IMG/VR virus record: IMGVR_UViG_3300031655_000011
Coordinates: 1 to 44,564 of that record
DNA from: a virus
Lineage: Duplodnaviria; Caudoviricetes
Direction: 5' to 3' (one strand)
Length of the DNA: 44,564 bases
Position numbers and translations under genes: made by a program
The notes under the pieces: model-generated
What the model saw: only the letters and a program-made list of their open reading frames with translations
Database searches by the model: none
Told to the model about the DNA's origin: nothing
In this document: positions 29,777-38,572 of the stretch, piece by piece
Layout of the letters: each line of letters opens with the position of its first letter
Numbering within the stretch: the first letter of the stretch is position 1

Positions 29777-30105
29777 TGGCAACTAGAATTATTTATACAG
29801 GCAGAGATACTAACATAAAATATCAGTTGCTAGATCAGGGGGCACCTAAGGATCTAAGCAACCTTAACAAGATTGATCTTATTTTTACTAGTGCAGTGAA
29901 GGTATCAGGAGAGATTGGTACTACAACTCCATTGGATTTTTCAACAGTGCCAACAGAACTGACTCTTAAATTTTCTACTTTAAATATCCCTAGTGGATCT
30001 TACCCCAGTGTAAAGCTGGTTGTTTATGATTCGGATAATCCTAACGGTCTTGTATGGGGTGAGATAGCACTAGTAGTTCGGGATAATCCGTATACAATCT
30101 CTTGA
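29776..30105 (+). CDS. Hypothetical beta protein (BppU-N-like, tentative)
   Basis: Last + strand gene; IIYTGRDT...KDLS. Confidence 0.55.
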   Translation: MATRIIYTGRDTNIKYQLLDQGAPKDLSNLNKIDLIFTSAVKVSGEIGTTTPLDFSTVPTELTLKFSTLNIPSGSYPSVKLVVYDSDNPNGLVWGEIALVVRDNPYTIS

Positions 30106-30304
30106 GTGTCTGCTCTCTGGTCATGAGCGGAGCTACCGCATAGGCCTCTATCTTCTTTGCATATACGGTTGCATATCCGTATAGTGCGTGCCCGAGTGTT
30201 GAGCATTGCATAAAAGGAGAAGGGTAGAGTTCTCCTTCGTCGTTTATGCGGTAGACTCCCCAATTTGGATCATCAAGTTTTCGACTGTCGAAGTTCGCCA
30301 TCAT
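30041..30304 (-). CDS. Hypothetical protein
   Basis: ATGA overlap with the upstream ATPase gene; 65-bp convergent overlap with 29776-30105. Confidence 0.5.
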   Translation of the reverse strand: MMANFDSRKLDDPNWGVYRINDEGELYPSPFMQCSTLGHALYGYATVYAKKIEAYAVAPLMTREQTLKRLYTDYPELLVLSHPIQDR

Positions 30305-31485
30305 TCCCCTGTATAGGTTATCGTTCTTGTTTTTGGATCTACTGTGATGAGGTTCATATTCCGTAGAGCGTCCTCAATCTCTACATATGTAGACCAACTC
30401 ATATCTTTATAGAAGTGCTTGAACAAAGTCTCGCGACCTACTATCTTCTTGCGTCCTATGTATTGTATCAGCTCATAGGTTAGCTGACCTTGGTCACTAC
30501 GGCCGAGTCCCCCGAACACATTTGGCATTAGATGCTCAGTCTTCTCAAGAAGGGCTAAGGATCTTTCCCATGTTTTTGTAGTAATTTTGAGGCTATCATC
30601 TTGCGATGCTTGCAGGACAATGCACAACTTTCTCAAGTGTGTGGATCTTCTCTCACAATAGGCTCTGAATCTAGGGTCTTCAATAGGATACTTTTCGTTT
30701 TCCATATCTTTTGATTCTCTCAAGTACCACTGCTTGTAGACTTCTGCGGCATCTTTCTCGAACTCATAGTTACCCTGTAGCAGGGCTATCAGACCGAGGT
30801 CATGTATGAGAGCTTGCTTTAGTTTAACCTGTTCTGCTGTCACAGTAGGTAGAGGGATGTGCTTAGACTTATTGATCTCAGCAACAAAGATGCAACGACT
30901 TGTAAAGCCGCCCCCGATAGCCTCTGTAGGCAGCATTGTAGCCATCCAGTCTGGTGCGGTAGCTCCGAGTATGTTTAAGTACATTCCTAGTACAGCTTCT
31001 TCGCGTCTAGCTATTGTCTCGTATACCCACTTATCATGTGAGTCCCACCAGTCTGTCAAGTATCCTAGAAACTTATAGTTGCTGTGTCCTAGCAATGTGA
31101 CAAGTTCTTTTGAAAAGCAAGTAAGAGAAGAGTGCATATGACACAGGCCCTGAGAGTCTATGTACTGACCTTCACTGTTCTGCATCTTAACTAAGAGTGC
31201 TTCTGGTGTAATAGCCTCACTGACTACAGGTATGTCTAATGACTTGAATATATCTTGGCCGATGTTTATCGCTAGGGACTTTCTAGTTCGGCCAGCAGAT
31301 CCTACTAAGATAACAAACATATTTGGGTATATAGTTTCGAGGCCCCATTGCATTGAACACTTTCTTTGCAAGGCACCTGCAAGCATAGAGACTGCGGTCC
31401 ATGTGTGATAGCTTGTCGGACTTTCTGTCTCTTCTGTATACTTTAAATATGCACTTACCCAGTCCCCTTTAATCACTCTAGGCAT
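30301..31485 (-). CDS. DUF3987-like P-loop ATPase, putative replicative helicase
   Basis: TESPTSYHTW, YPNMFVILVGSAGRTRKS, GGGFTSR, winged-helix-like C-terminus; likely start MPRVIK at 31485. Confidence 0.7.
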   Translation of the reverse strand: MPRVIKGDWVSAYLKYTEETESPTSYHTWTAVSMLAGALQRKCSMQWGLETIYPNMFVILVGSAGRTRKSLAINIGQDIFKSLDIPVVSEAITPEALLVKMQNSEGQYIDSQGLCHMHSSLTCFSKELVTLLGHSNYKFLGYLTDWWDSHDKWVYETIARREEAVLGMYLNILGATAPDWMATMLPTEAIGGGFTSRCIFVAEINKSKHIPLPTVTAEQVKLKQALIHDLGLIALLQGNYEFEKDAAEVYKQWYLRESKDMENEKYPIEDPRFRAYCERRSTHLRKLCIVLQASQDDSLKITTKTWERSLALLEKTEHLMPNVFGGLGRSDQGQLTYELIQYIGRKKIVGRETLFKHFYKDMSWSTYVEIEDALRNMNLITVDPKTRTITYTGE

Positions 31486-31678
31486 AGTGCTTCCTATTAT
31501 TATGACCACGCAAGCACCCGCATGAGCGAGTGTGGCCTGATCGTAGGTGATCTTCACGAACTAGAGTAAATTCTCCGCAAGAGCATCTGCATATGTAATG
31601 CTTGTGTGAGTCTAGGTCTGTTGAGTAATGCTCTAGTATAGTTAGTCTTGTATACTGTTTACCTATTTCAGTTTGCAT
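31478..31678 (-). CDS. Zn-binding N-terminal module of AP2/HNH-type endonucleases, stand-alone
   Basis: GKQYTRLTIL...CRCSCG...HLRSGHTRSCGCL; no nuclease domain follows. Confidence 0.7.
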   Translation of the reverse strand: MQTEIGKQYTRLTILEHYSTDLDSHKHYICRCSCGEFTLVREDHLRSGHTRSCGCLRGHNNRKHYA

Positions 31679-34140
31679 AGTTTTTCGACTTGAGCTTTAA
31701 CATTGCTAAGAGTTGTTTCATACATCTTAGCGCCATCCAAGCCTACCTTTATATCAGTCTCGATATAAAACTTACGTTCAACGCCATTTCCATATGAAGT
31801 TAATTGTGGTTCTAATGCTTTTTGGGCTATACGACAGAAGTCTTCTAACTCATCTAGGTCAGTATAGCTGTGTTGAAATAAGAGAGAGTCATGCACTTGG
31901 CCTAATATCTCAGCTTTATGATCTTGCTCATAGATGTCAGCCATTGCTTGGTTAACTACCCACACACTACTAGATTGTGGTAAGTGAGCAACTGCCTCTT
32001 TCAATAACTTATCATCTATAGTTCCTATAAACTTGCGGGGCTGTCCTATAAGATTGACAACAGCATGAGACCTGTGCAGTTCAGTTCGTATCTCTTCCCA
32101 CCAAGCAGGTAGTCTTTCATAAGCACTGAGGTATAGAGACCTAGCTCTATCACTTTCTTCAAGGGACAGACCGCTAGTCAGACTAAAGGTACTCGTGCCC
32201 ATCATGTAGTTCAAAGCATGGTTAGACTTCTTCCCGACTTGTCTGCAACTCATAGTTCTAGGTATAAATGCATTGTGTGTACTGACATAGTCAAGGAATG
32301 GTGTACCGTCTATGAGCATTTCATTCCGTAGTCTAGTGATCTCTTCAGGGTTAGTAGTCTTTCCTAGGTTCTTATCTTCTGCTACTATGACATGATCTGG
32401 AAGTCCTGTGATTAGCTTTGCTGTGGACACATGAGGGTCGCGGTTCTCTTGCAATACTTCTATCATGTTTTTATCACCAGAGATGTAAGCAGTGAGGACC
32501 CATTCGCTCTGTCGTTTATCCATCTCTATGAAAATCTTGCCTTTGTCTGGGACTATGAATGACTTGAAGTTTTGGGGAAGGTTCTGTTGATTCATACCAG
32601 TGCCGAAGATAGTCTTACTGCTGGAAAGTCGACCCGTCTTCGTGCCCCTTGGATTATAAGAGCAACGGAATCGCTCGTCTTCATCGAATTTTATTTCTAG
32701 ATATGTACCAACGTACTTAGATCGTTGCCTGAGTTGCTGAATGAGACTTGCAGAGTATAGAGGCTCTCGGGCTCCTGTTCCTTTAGCTAATCGTATCAGA
32801 GCATCATCATTCAGAGTTGGCTTGCCTTTGTTTAAGTAGGGCTTGATCCCTAGTACAGTGTAGTAATAGTTGAGGCATTGCTTAGGTGAATTGAAGTTGA
32901 GTGTGAGTAGTGGGTCACCAGACTCTTCTTGGACAACGCCTTGCAAAGATGCATCAAGATCTTTTATCTCAATTACTATACCTTCTCGTACTTCTGCTAA
33001 GACTTTATGATCTATTAATAAGCCGCGACACATGACGAACGTGAGGGCTGGATACATATTGACAGTCGTCCTGTATATGTCGTAAAAGATGCTCGGCTTT
33101 TCTATCCATTGTTTGATCTTGAGCCATACTTTGAGTGTCGTTATTACATCTTTGCAATTGTAGTGCAGGAAGCTAGTGCGATCCCCAATACCACCCTTCC
33201 AGTAGCCGCCTTCTTCTTTGTAGTAACGCTCATCAGTGTGCAGAGTAGTCAAGGTCCCGAGGCCCTTAGGCAGATCTGGATAAAGTATGTGATGTGCTAC
33301 CATAGTATCGTCTATATAGCCTTTAACATAGCATCTGTGTCGGAAGGCTAAAAACCATATGTCGAAGATCAAATTCTGACCCAGCTTTGGGATTGTTTCA
33401 TCTTCTAAGAACTCTGCACACATACGCCATAGAACTACCTCTTCTTCTATCGTTCTGTTATCAAAGTTAATACACATGGCTGTAGTTACATCAACACAGA
33501 AGCCGATGCAAAAGACGAAGCCATTAAGTGTCTCAATATCTACTGACACAGGTGTTCCGGCTTTCTTGCAATATGCTAGGAAGTCTTCTGCTTCTGTGAT
33601 GGATGGGTTTATGTGGAATGTATGCTCAGGCTCAACGTAGACTGAATCTTCTGAATTAACTAGGGCTTTTTTAAAGTCCATGCTAGACATAAGACGTTCT
33701 GGAGCTTGAAACATTATATTTCCAGGAGAAAATGTCGGTAGAATCTTTCGCTCAATCTCACTGTTCCATGAAAGAGAGCCTCTATTGAATTTGATCCTAT
33801 GATCTCCTGTAAGTGTAGCACAAGCAAACATTCCGAGAGGCACTATGATGTTACACTGTACATCTTTGAAGCGTTCTAGGACTTCTTCTCTTATTCTATT
33901 TCCTTGCTCAGAGAATGCGCCTTTGGTGTTGATGAGTCCCTTGTTTTCCTGCACATCATGACAGTAAGTAATGAAGCATTGATTGATGGCTATGCCCGCA
34001 TTGTTAAGCAGTTGATGCAGAGTGTAGCCGGCTCGTCCACTAAGCAAGTCACCCTTGTACATTGCATCTTTATGCGGAAAGTCTAAGAGCAATACAATAT
34101 TGGATCCTTCTGTTCCTGTATCAAGTGGTTTAAGATTCAT
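31663..34140 (-). CDS. polA: Family A DNA polymerase with N-terminal UDG-like and 3'-5' exonuclease domains
   Basis: Exo motifs VDIET, QNLIFD, YNCKD; TKTGRLSS; motif A MDKRQSE; motif B RQVGKKSNHALNY; motif C QVHDSL. Confidence 0.92.
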   Translation of the reverse strand: MNLKPLDTGTEGSNIVLLLDFPHKDAMYKGDLLSGRAGYTLHQLLNNAGIAINQCFITYCHDVQENKGLINTKGAFSEQGNRIREEVLERFKDVQCNIIVPLGMFACATLTGDHRIKFNRGSLSWNSEIERKILPTFSPGNIMFQAPERLMSSMDFKKALVNSEDSVYVEPEHTFHINPSITEAEDFLAYCKKAGTPVSVDIETLNGFVFCIGFCVDVTTAMCINFDNRTIEEEVVLWRMCAEFLEDETIPKLGQNLIFDIWFLAFRHRCYVKGYIDDTMVAHHILYPDLPKGLGTLTTLHTDERYYKEEGGYWKGGIGDRTSFLHYNCKDVITTLKVWLKIKQWIEKPSIFYDIYRTTVNMYPALTFVMCRGLLIDHKVLAEVREGIVIEIKDLDASLQGVVQEESGDPLLTLNFNSPKQCLNYYYTVLGIKPYLNKGKPTLNDDALIRLAKGTGAREPLYSASLIQQLRQRSKYVGTYLEIKFDEDERFRCSYNPRGTKTGRLSSSKTIFGTGMNQQNLPQNFKSFIVPDKGKIFIEMDKRQSEWVLTAYISGDKNMIEVLQENRDPHVSTAKLITGLPDHVIVAEDKNLGKTTNPEEITRLRNEMLIDGTPFLDYVSTHNAFIPRTMSCRQVGKKSNHALNYMMGTSTFSLTSGLSLEESDRARSLYLSAYERLPAWWEEIRTELHRSHAVVNLIGQPRKFIGTIDDKLLKEAVAHLPQSSSVWVVNQAMADIYEQDHKAEILGQVHDSLLFQHSYTDLDELEDFCRIAQKALEPQLTSYGNGVERKFYIETDIKVGLDGAKMYETTLSNVKAQVEKLCKLK

Positions 34141-35446
34141 TATTATCCTCTAGATAGATGTGACGATAGCTAAGGTTAGCTAAGTAACGAGTGCGGAACT
34201 GAGCATTGATGTCAAAGCCGATGCACGTCTCAGGGACTGGATTTCTCAGATAATGGGCATTGATGCTCGTCCCAGACCCAGCAAACGGGATCAAACTGTT
34301 TCCGTTTTTAGGGCTAAATATGTCACTAAGTCTCAGCATCATATCAATAGGTCGTTGCACAGGGTGCCACCTGTCTGCACTAGGTACGGCTGGGTATTCA
34401 AAGACGTTTGGAAGACCCTTGAGCTGTAAGATTGGCTTTCCCTTCCATGCCACAAAAAACATCTCATATCGGCGGCTAAGTGTTCGTTCAAGGTCACCAG
34501 CGGGCTGTGTATTCTTGTACCAGACGGCAGGTATCCTGTCAAAGCCATCCATGTTATGTTCTAGTATTTCTGCGAATAAAGGGTAGTCTTGCGTAGGAAA
34601 CCAGAGAAGCATAAAGCTATTTGGGCTCATCTTACTGTAACAGTCCTTGACAAGTGTATTGATAAATTCAAAGTATGTACGGCCTCCGTATATTTCTAGC
34701 TTACTTTTCTTGTACTTAGGATCGAACCCAGCACTGTCATAGGGAGGGTCTATCTCGACATAGTCGAAATGGTCAAAAGGTTGTTCGGATATGCCGTCAA
34801 ATACATCTTTGATCTGATATGAGTCAGCGTTTTTAGCTACAAAAATATCATGCTCAGAGAGTGCTTCAGCGTTGCGTGGTCGACTCTTTTTCTCATGTCG
34901 CTCTAGTAGTCTCTCAGTCAATTCAGTTTCAGCTATCGAAGTACAGAGGCTTCTATATATTTTTACTGCATCTTTAAAGGAGGCTTTCTCAGTTAGGGTA
35001 GGTATACTTTCTGCCACATCAGCTATCATGATCTGATCTGAGACATGGCCTGCTGACATCTTGAGTAAATCGGCTGTTTTCCCCTGAGTCCATGCAGAGT
35101 CTTGCTTTTTCATAAGATCATTGATTCGGCTAACTAGATTAGCTTGTTCAGACCAAGAAAGCTCTTTACGTTGTACATTCTCAATAAGTTCAATGATTCT
35201 CAGATCACCTTCAGACTCTATCTCCATTACATTACAAGTAATCTTAGGCCACTCTAGCATAGTAGCCGCGGCTAGTCTTCGACCACCAGCTAGTAGATTA
35301 TTGTCTTTATCTATTGTTATTGGGTTGATAAGACCTTCAGATTCTAAAGACTGAGCCAGAGATTCAATATCACCTAGTTCTTCCCTGAATCTAGTGCCGA
35401 CTTCTATCTTAGATAGCTCGACTTGTTTTATTGATAATTTCTTCAT
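34130..35446 (-). CDS. ParB-like N-terminal domain fused to an N6-A/N4-C DNA methyltransferase
   Basis: LAGGRRLAA, ENVQRKEL and HTH; then IDPPY, HPVQRP, PFAGSGT (beta-class motif order). Confidence 0.88.
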   Translation of the reverse strand: MKKLSIKQVELSKIEVGTRFREELGDIESLAQSLESEGLINPITIDKDNNLLAGGRRLAAATMLEWPKITCNVMEIESEGDLRIIELIENVQRKELSWSEQANLVSRINDLMKKQDSAWTQGKTADLLKMSAGHVSDQIMIADVAESIPTLTEKASFKDAVKIYRSLCTSIAETELTERLLERHEKKSRPRNAEALSEHDIFVAKNADSYQIKDVFDGISEQPFDHFDYVEIDPPYDSAGFDPKYKKSKLEIYGGRTYFEFINTLVKDCYSKMSPNSFMLLWFPTQDYPLFAEILEHNMDGFDRIPAVWYKNTQPAGDLERTLSRRYEMFFVAWKGKPILQLKGLPNVFEYPAVPSADRWHPVQRPIDMMLRLSDIFSPKNGNSLIPFAGSGTSINAHYLRNPVPETCIGFDINAQFRTRYLANLSYRHIYLEDNNES

Positions 35447-35679
35447 ACTATACCTTTGTCTTTGAGGATTTGCTGAAGTACCAGTGGGTCTACACTTTTC
35501 AGAAGGTCTTGAAGTGCTTCTTCTTTAGACTTAGCTGGTGTGATAGTTACTTTTTTAGGCCGGGAGAGTGCCATCGTTTCCCGGTATCGTTTCTGTGCTT
35601 TTCGATTCTCTAAGATAAAGTCTCTAAGCTCATCTTCACTTAACTTGGCTATGCTAATCTCTAGCTGTTCAAGTTTCAT
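35443..35679 (-). CDS. Hypothetical protein
   Basis: 78 aa; AGGAG RBS; ATGA overlap. Confidence 0.7.
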   Translation of the reverse strand: MKLEQLEISIAKLSEDELRDFILENRKAQKRYRETMALSRPKKVTITPAKSKEEALQDLLKSVDPLVLQQILKDKGIV

Positions 35680-35905
35680 GAGTCTCCTTCAACCAAAGGA
35701 CATAATCTCCTCTTGTTAGTTTATTTAAAACATATCTCTTATCATCGGTTAACTTCTCTGAACCTTTATGCATCATTGCTTGCACAATAAGGAAGAATTG
35801 GCGGCCTAGATCTGTACGAGCGCCTCTTGGAAGAGAAGATAGAAAATCATAAAGTTCCTTCCGCATAGGAATAGAAACTTTATGCGTATATTGAGTGTAA
35901 CGCAT
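35669..35905 (-). CDS. Hypothetical protein, possibly ribbon-helix-helix
   Basis: KVSIPMRKELYDFL strand-helix pattern. Confidence 0.55.
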   Translation of the reverse strand: MRYTQYTHKVSIPMRKELYDFLSSLPRGARTDLGRQFFLIVQAMMHKGSEKLTDDKRYVLNKLTRGDYVLWLKETHET

Positions 35906-35928
35906 TTTGACCTGTTTGTGGTGGGGGT

Positions 35929-35958
35929 TCGGGACACAAAATACACATTGTGTCCCGA
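35929..35958. other. Perfect 11-bp hairpin downstream of SSB gene
   Basis: TCGGGACACAA-N8-TTGTGTCCCGA; no U-tract. Confidence 0.65.
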
Positions 35959-35968
35959 GGATTAGCCC

Positions 35969-36385
35969 TTATTTTATTTTGGGGGCGTTTATACGGTTAC
36001 GATCGATGCCCTGATTGTCTTGTTCAACAGAGACATATACTTCACATTCCTGACCAACAAGTGGTGTAGGGTCTGCAAAGAATTCTGGACCGAACTCACA
36101 GCCAAAAGCTGAAAGTGTACGTTTGATCTCTAACAACCGCATATGCTTCTGGTCATCAGGTGTGTCTTTAGTAGGAACCATTAGGAAGTGAAACACATCC
36201 GAGCCAGAAGGTTCATCTGGAAACTCACAAATCATTCTAAGCATTGGATTACCTGCTTTTGAATTCATCATTTCGGCTGAGCTTACGCGGACATGATATT
36301 GTCCAGCGGGGAGAGCTTTACGCTCCTGTATATCCTCGATGCCGTCGAGCGCGAGGCTACTCAAATCTACTTGAGTGTCTGACAT
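35969..36385 (-). CDS. DUF669-like single-stranded DNA-binding protein
   Basis: LPAGQYHVRV...SKAGNPML; adjacent to AAA_24 gene. Confidence 0.8.
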   Translation of the reverse strand: MSDTQVDLSSLALDGIEDIQERKALPAGQYHVRVSSAEMMNSKAGNPMLRMICEFPDEPSGSDVFHFLMVPTKDTPDDQKHMRLLEIKRTLSAFGCEFGPEFFADPTPLVGQECEVYVSVEQDNQGIDRNRINAPKIK

Positions 36386-36438
36386 AGTAAAATCCTATGT
36401 TAAGGGTTTATTAATTGGTAAAATTCGACCATCGAAAA

Positions 36439-37224
36439 TTACCGTCTCATCAGCCGACCTAGACCGGAGTCTTGTGGTTTACTGAATTCTTTTATCGTTA
36501 CATCTTCTACGGCATCAAGGTTAGGTAACGATCTTCTAACTTTGATGTTATATCGGTCAGGTTGGGTCAACATAGAATATTTCCCATCGACACATTGAAA
36601 CTTCAGTATGTCTGAAAATAACATAGGGATTCTAGTCTTCAACTGACCTGTCAATACAAGCTCATTAACTATCTTCTTAGTTAGCTCGTCCTGTATTAAT
36701 GTGTCGTGAGCAGTGATATAAACAGTTTTGGGAAGTGACGTTAGTTTCCTAACAGTATTCTCAATTGTGTTTAGTTGCGCGGCCCAGTCGTCCATTGCTG
36801 GTTGTTGTCCCATACGGTTATTAATATATAAGACAGCGTCCATGACAGCTTTCGACATTGATGTAAGAGAGTCTATAGCTATTACATCATACTTAGCTAG
36901 TTCTGACTCGTCTTTCAGGATAGAGTTAAAGTCTTTGACGAAATTGTCAAAAGCTTTTGGTTGCTCACCCGTTGCAGGAACAGATCTTGCGTTCTGCTTA
37001 GAGCTTAGCGATCTTGCGGCTATCTCTACTACGTCAGGAAGGTACAATTGATAGTCTATTGCATCATCCCCTCGTAAGGAGTTCAGTGCATTATCCTCGA
37101 AGCAGAAAAGTAGCTTCTTGCCTGGTAATGTTCTGAGCTGTGTGGTTTTGCCGGATCCAGCAGGACCAATTGCAAGTATACGCAATCGATCATTCTTGTA
37201 GTCCTTTGCTTTTTGTATTTCCAT
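36439..37224 (-). CDS. AAA_24 / Sak4-like ATPase
   Basis: GPAGSGKT, VIAIDSLT, ITAH. Confidence 0.88.
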   Translation of the reverse strand: MEIQKAKDYKNDRLRILAIGPAGSGKTTQLRTLPGKKLLFCFEDNALNSLRGDDAIDYQLYLPDVVEIAARSLSSKQNARSVPATGEQPKAFDNFVKDFNSILKDESELAKYDVIAIDSLTSMSKAVMDAVLYINNRMGQQPAMDDWAAQLNTIENTVRKLTSLPKTVYITAHDTLIQDELTKKIVNELVLTGQLKTRIPMLFSDILKFQCVDGKYSMLTQPDRYNIKVRRSLPNLDAVEDVTIKEFSKPQDSGLGRLMRR

Positions 37225-38218
37225 TGTCCTCTATTGGTTCATCAAAAGGTGTCCACTCATCCACTACGAAACCGTCTGGGGGATCATCTCTATCGGGAAG
37301 ATCACTCATGCATGGTTTCATTCTGCATAAATTAAGAAAACTGCATTGACCATATTTAGACTGACAAGAATGAGGGCTTCTTGGGAAAGCCTCTGCTTCA
37401 ATTGAGTCTTTATATGATTTATACCAGTATCTCACATCATCTAGCCATTCTGCTACAAGCATATCGCTATAATAGATGGGTATGCGTTTGAAATGGAATT
37501 GAGTTTTATGTACGAGAGAGGCATCTACATATACTCCACCAAATTCACGATCATTTGGAAGCTCATTCATGTGTTGCATGAAAAGCACAGCATACATATA
37601 TCCTTCTATCTGAGAGTTAGGAGAGAACGATTGGATAAAATCGGACCGAAATCCGGTGGTCTTACTAAACATGGTGCTAGTCTTATGCTCTACGAGCCAT
37701 AGCTGACCAGTCTCATCTTCGATAACCTTGTCTATTCGACCTGAGTAGAATATCGTCTCATCCTCTAGTTCAAGGGGCACACAAAACGGTTGCTCTGTTG
37801 CTACTAAATTCCAACGGTTCATATGTTCTGCGAGTTCCTTGTAATAATAAAAGTACATCTCCTTTGCTTTGATTGGAGTTCTACCTTTATACGTTGCCAT
37901 TTCCTCGGGTGTAGGTTCGAGAGGCCAGCCAGCTTCGACCCAAATGAGGCCAAAAGCTGTCATAGCTGTATCTGCCATAGCATTGGCAAACTCGCTAGAC
38001 TGACGCAATCTGTTCCACTCTGACCCTGTTGGTCCTGAAATGGAACGTGCTTCGTAAAAAGCTGAGTAGAGTGCGTCTAATCCGGCATGCCAGGCTGAAC
38101 CGAATGCAAAATATATCGGTTCAGTTCCGGCTGGACGCCAATGCTTGACATAGCGAAGATAGGCTTTCCGAGGACACTCACGGTATGCAGTAAGTGTGCT
38201 ATTGTCAAGCGGCTTCAT
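37190..38218 (-). CDS. PD-(D/E)XK (RecB/Cas4-like) exonuclease
   Basis: ECPRK, FGSAWH, GRIDK, VEHKT, QIEGY, C-terminal C..C..C. Confidence 0.88.
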   Translation of the reverse strand: MKPLDNSTLTAYRECPRKAYLRYVKHWRPAGTEPIYFAFGSAWHAGLDALYSAFYEARSISGPTGSEWNRLRQSSEFANAMADTAMTAFGLIWVEAGWPLEPTPEEMATYKGRTPIKAKEMYFYYYKELAEHMNRWNLVATEQPFCVPLELEDETIFYSGRIDKVIEDETGQLWLVEHKTSTMFSKTTGFRSDFIQSFSPNSQIEGYMYAVLFMQHMNELPNDREFGGVYVDASLVHKTQFHFKRIPIYYSDMLVAEWLDDVRYWYKSYKDSIEAEAFPRSPHSCQSKYGQCSFLNLCRMKPCMSDLPDRDDPPDGFVVDEWTPFDEPIEDNGNTKSKGLQE

Positions 38219-38226
38219 AGGTCTCC

Positions 38227-38571
38227 TTACTTGAGTCCTGCGTTTGAAAGGACTTGAGCAATTTGTTCTTTACTCAAACCTTCAAACAGATCGGTAACCT
38301 TATCTTCGACCGACTTCTTAGATCGAGTGGCACGCTGATCAAGTCTAAAATCTGCCATAACTTTTCCGACATCTTTTGGATCTGTTCCAGCTCGTAGGTG
38401 CCCACCAATTCTCTGCTGGACAGCTAGCGTTGCGCCTCGCTTATAGAGATCCCATACACATGGCTCTCCGTAAATCTCGATTGCTTCTTCTAGTGTATTA
38501 CCGATGTTGACATCAGCGGATCCACTTTGTTTTACGCCTTCTACTGAGGCATTAGCTGTAAATGTAGACAT
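38227..38571 (-). CDS. Hypothetical protein
   Basis: 114 aa; AGGAG RBS. Confidence 0.8.
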   Translation of the reverse strand: MSTFTANASVEGVKQSGSADVNIGNTLEEAIEIYGEPCVWDLYKRGATLAVQQRIGGHLRAGTDPKDVGKVMADFRLDQRATRSKKSVEDKVTDLFEGLSKEQIAQVLSNAGLK

Positions 38572-38572
38572 A

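Noticed and set aside
37190-38218. CRISPR Cas4 / CRISPR system
   Set aside because: No array or other cas genes; AAA_24 plus SSB context indicates a recombination exonuclease
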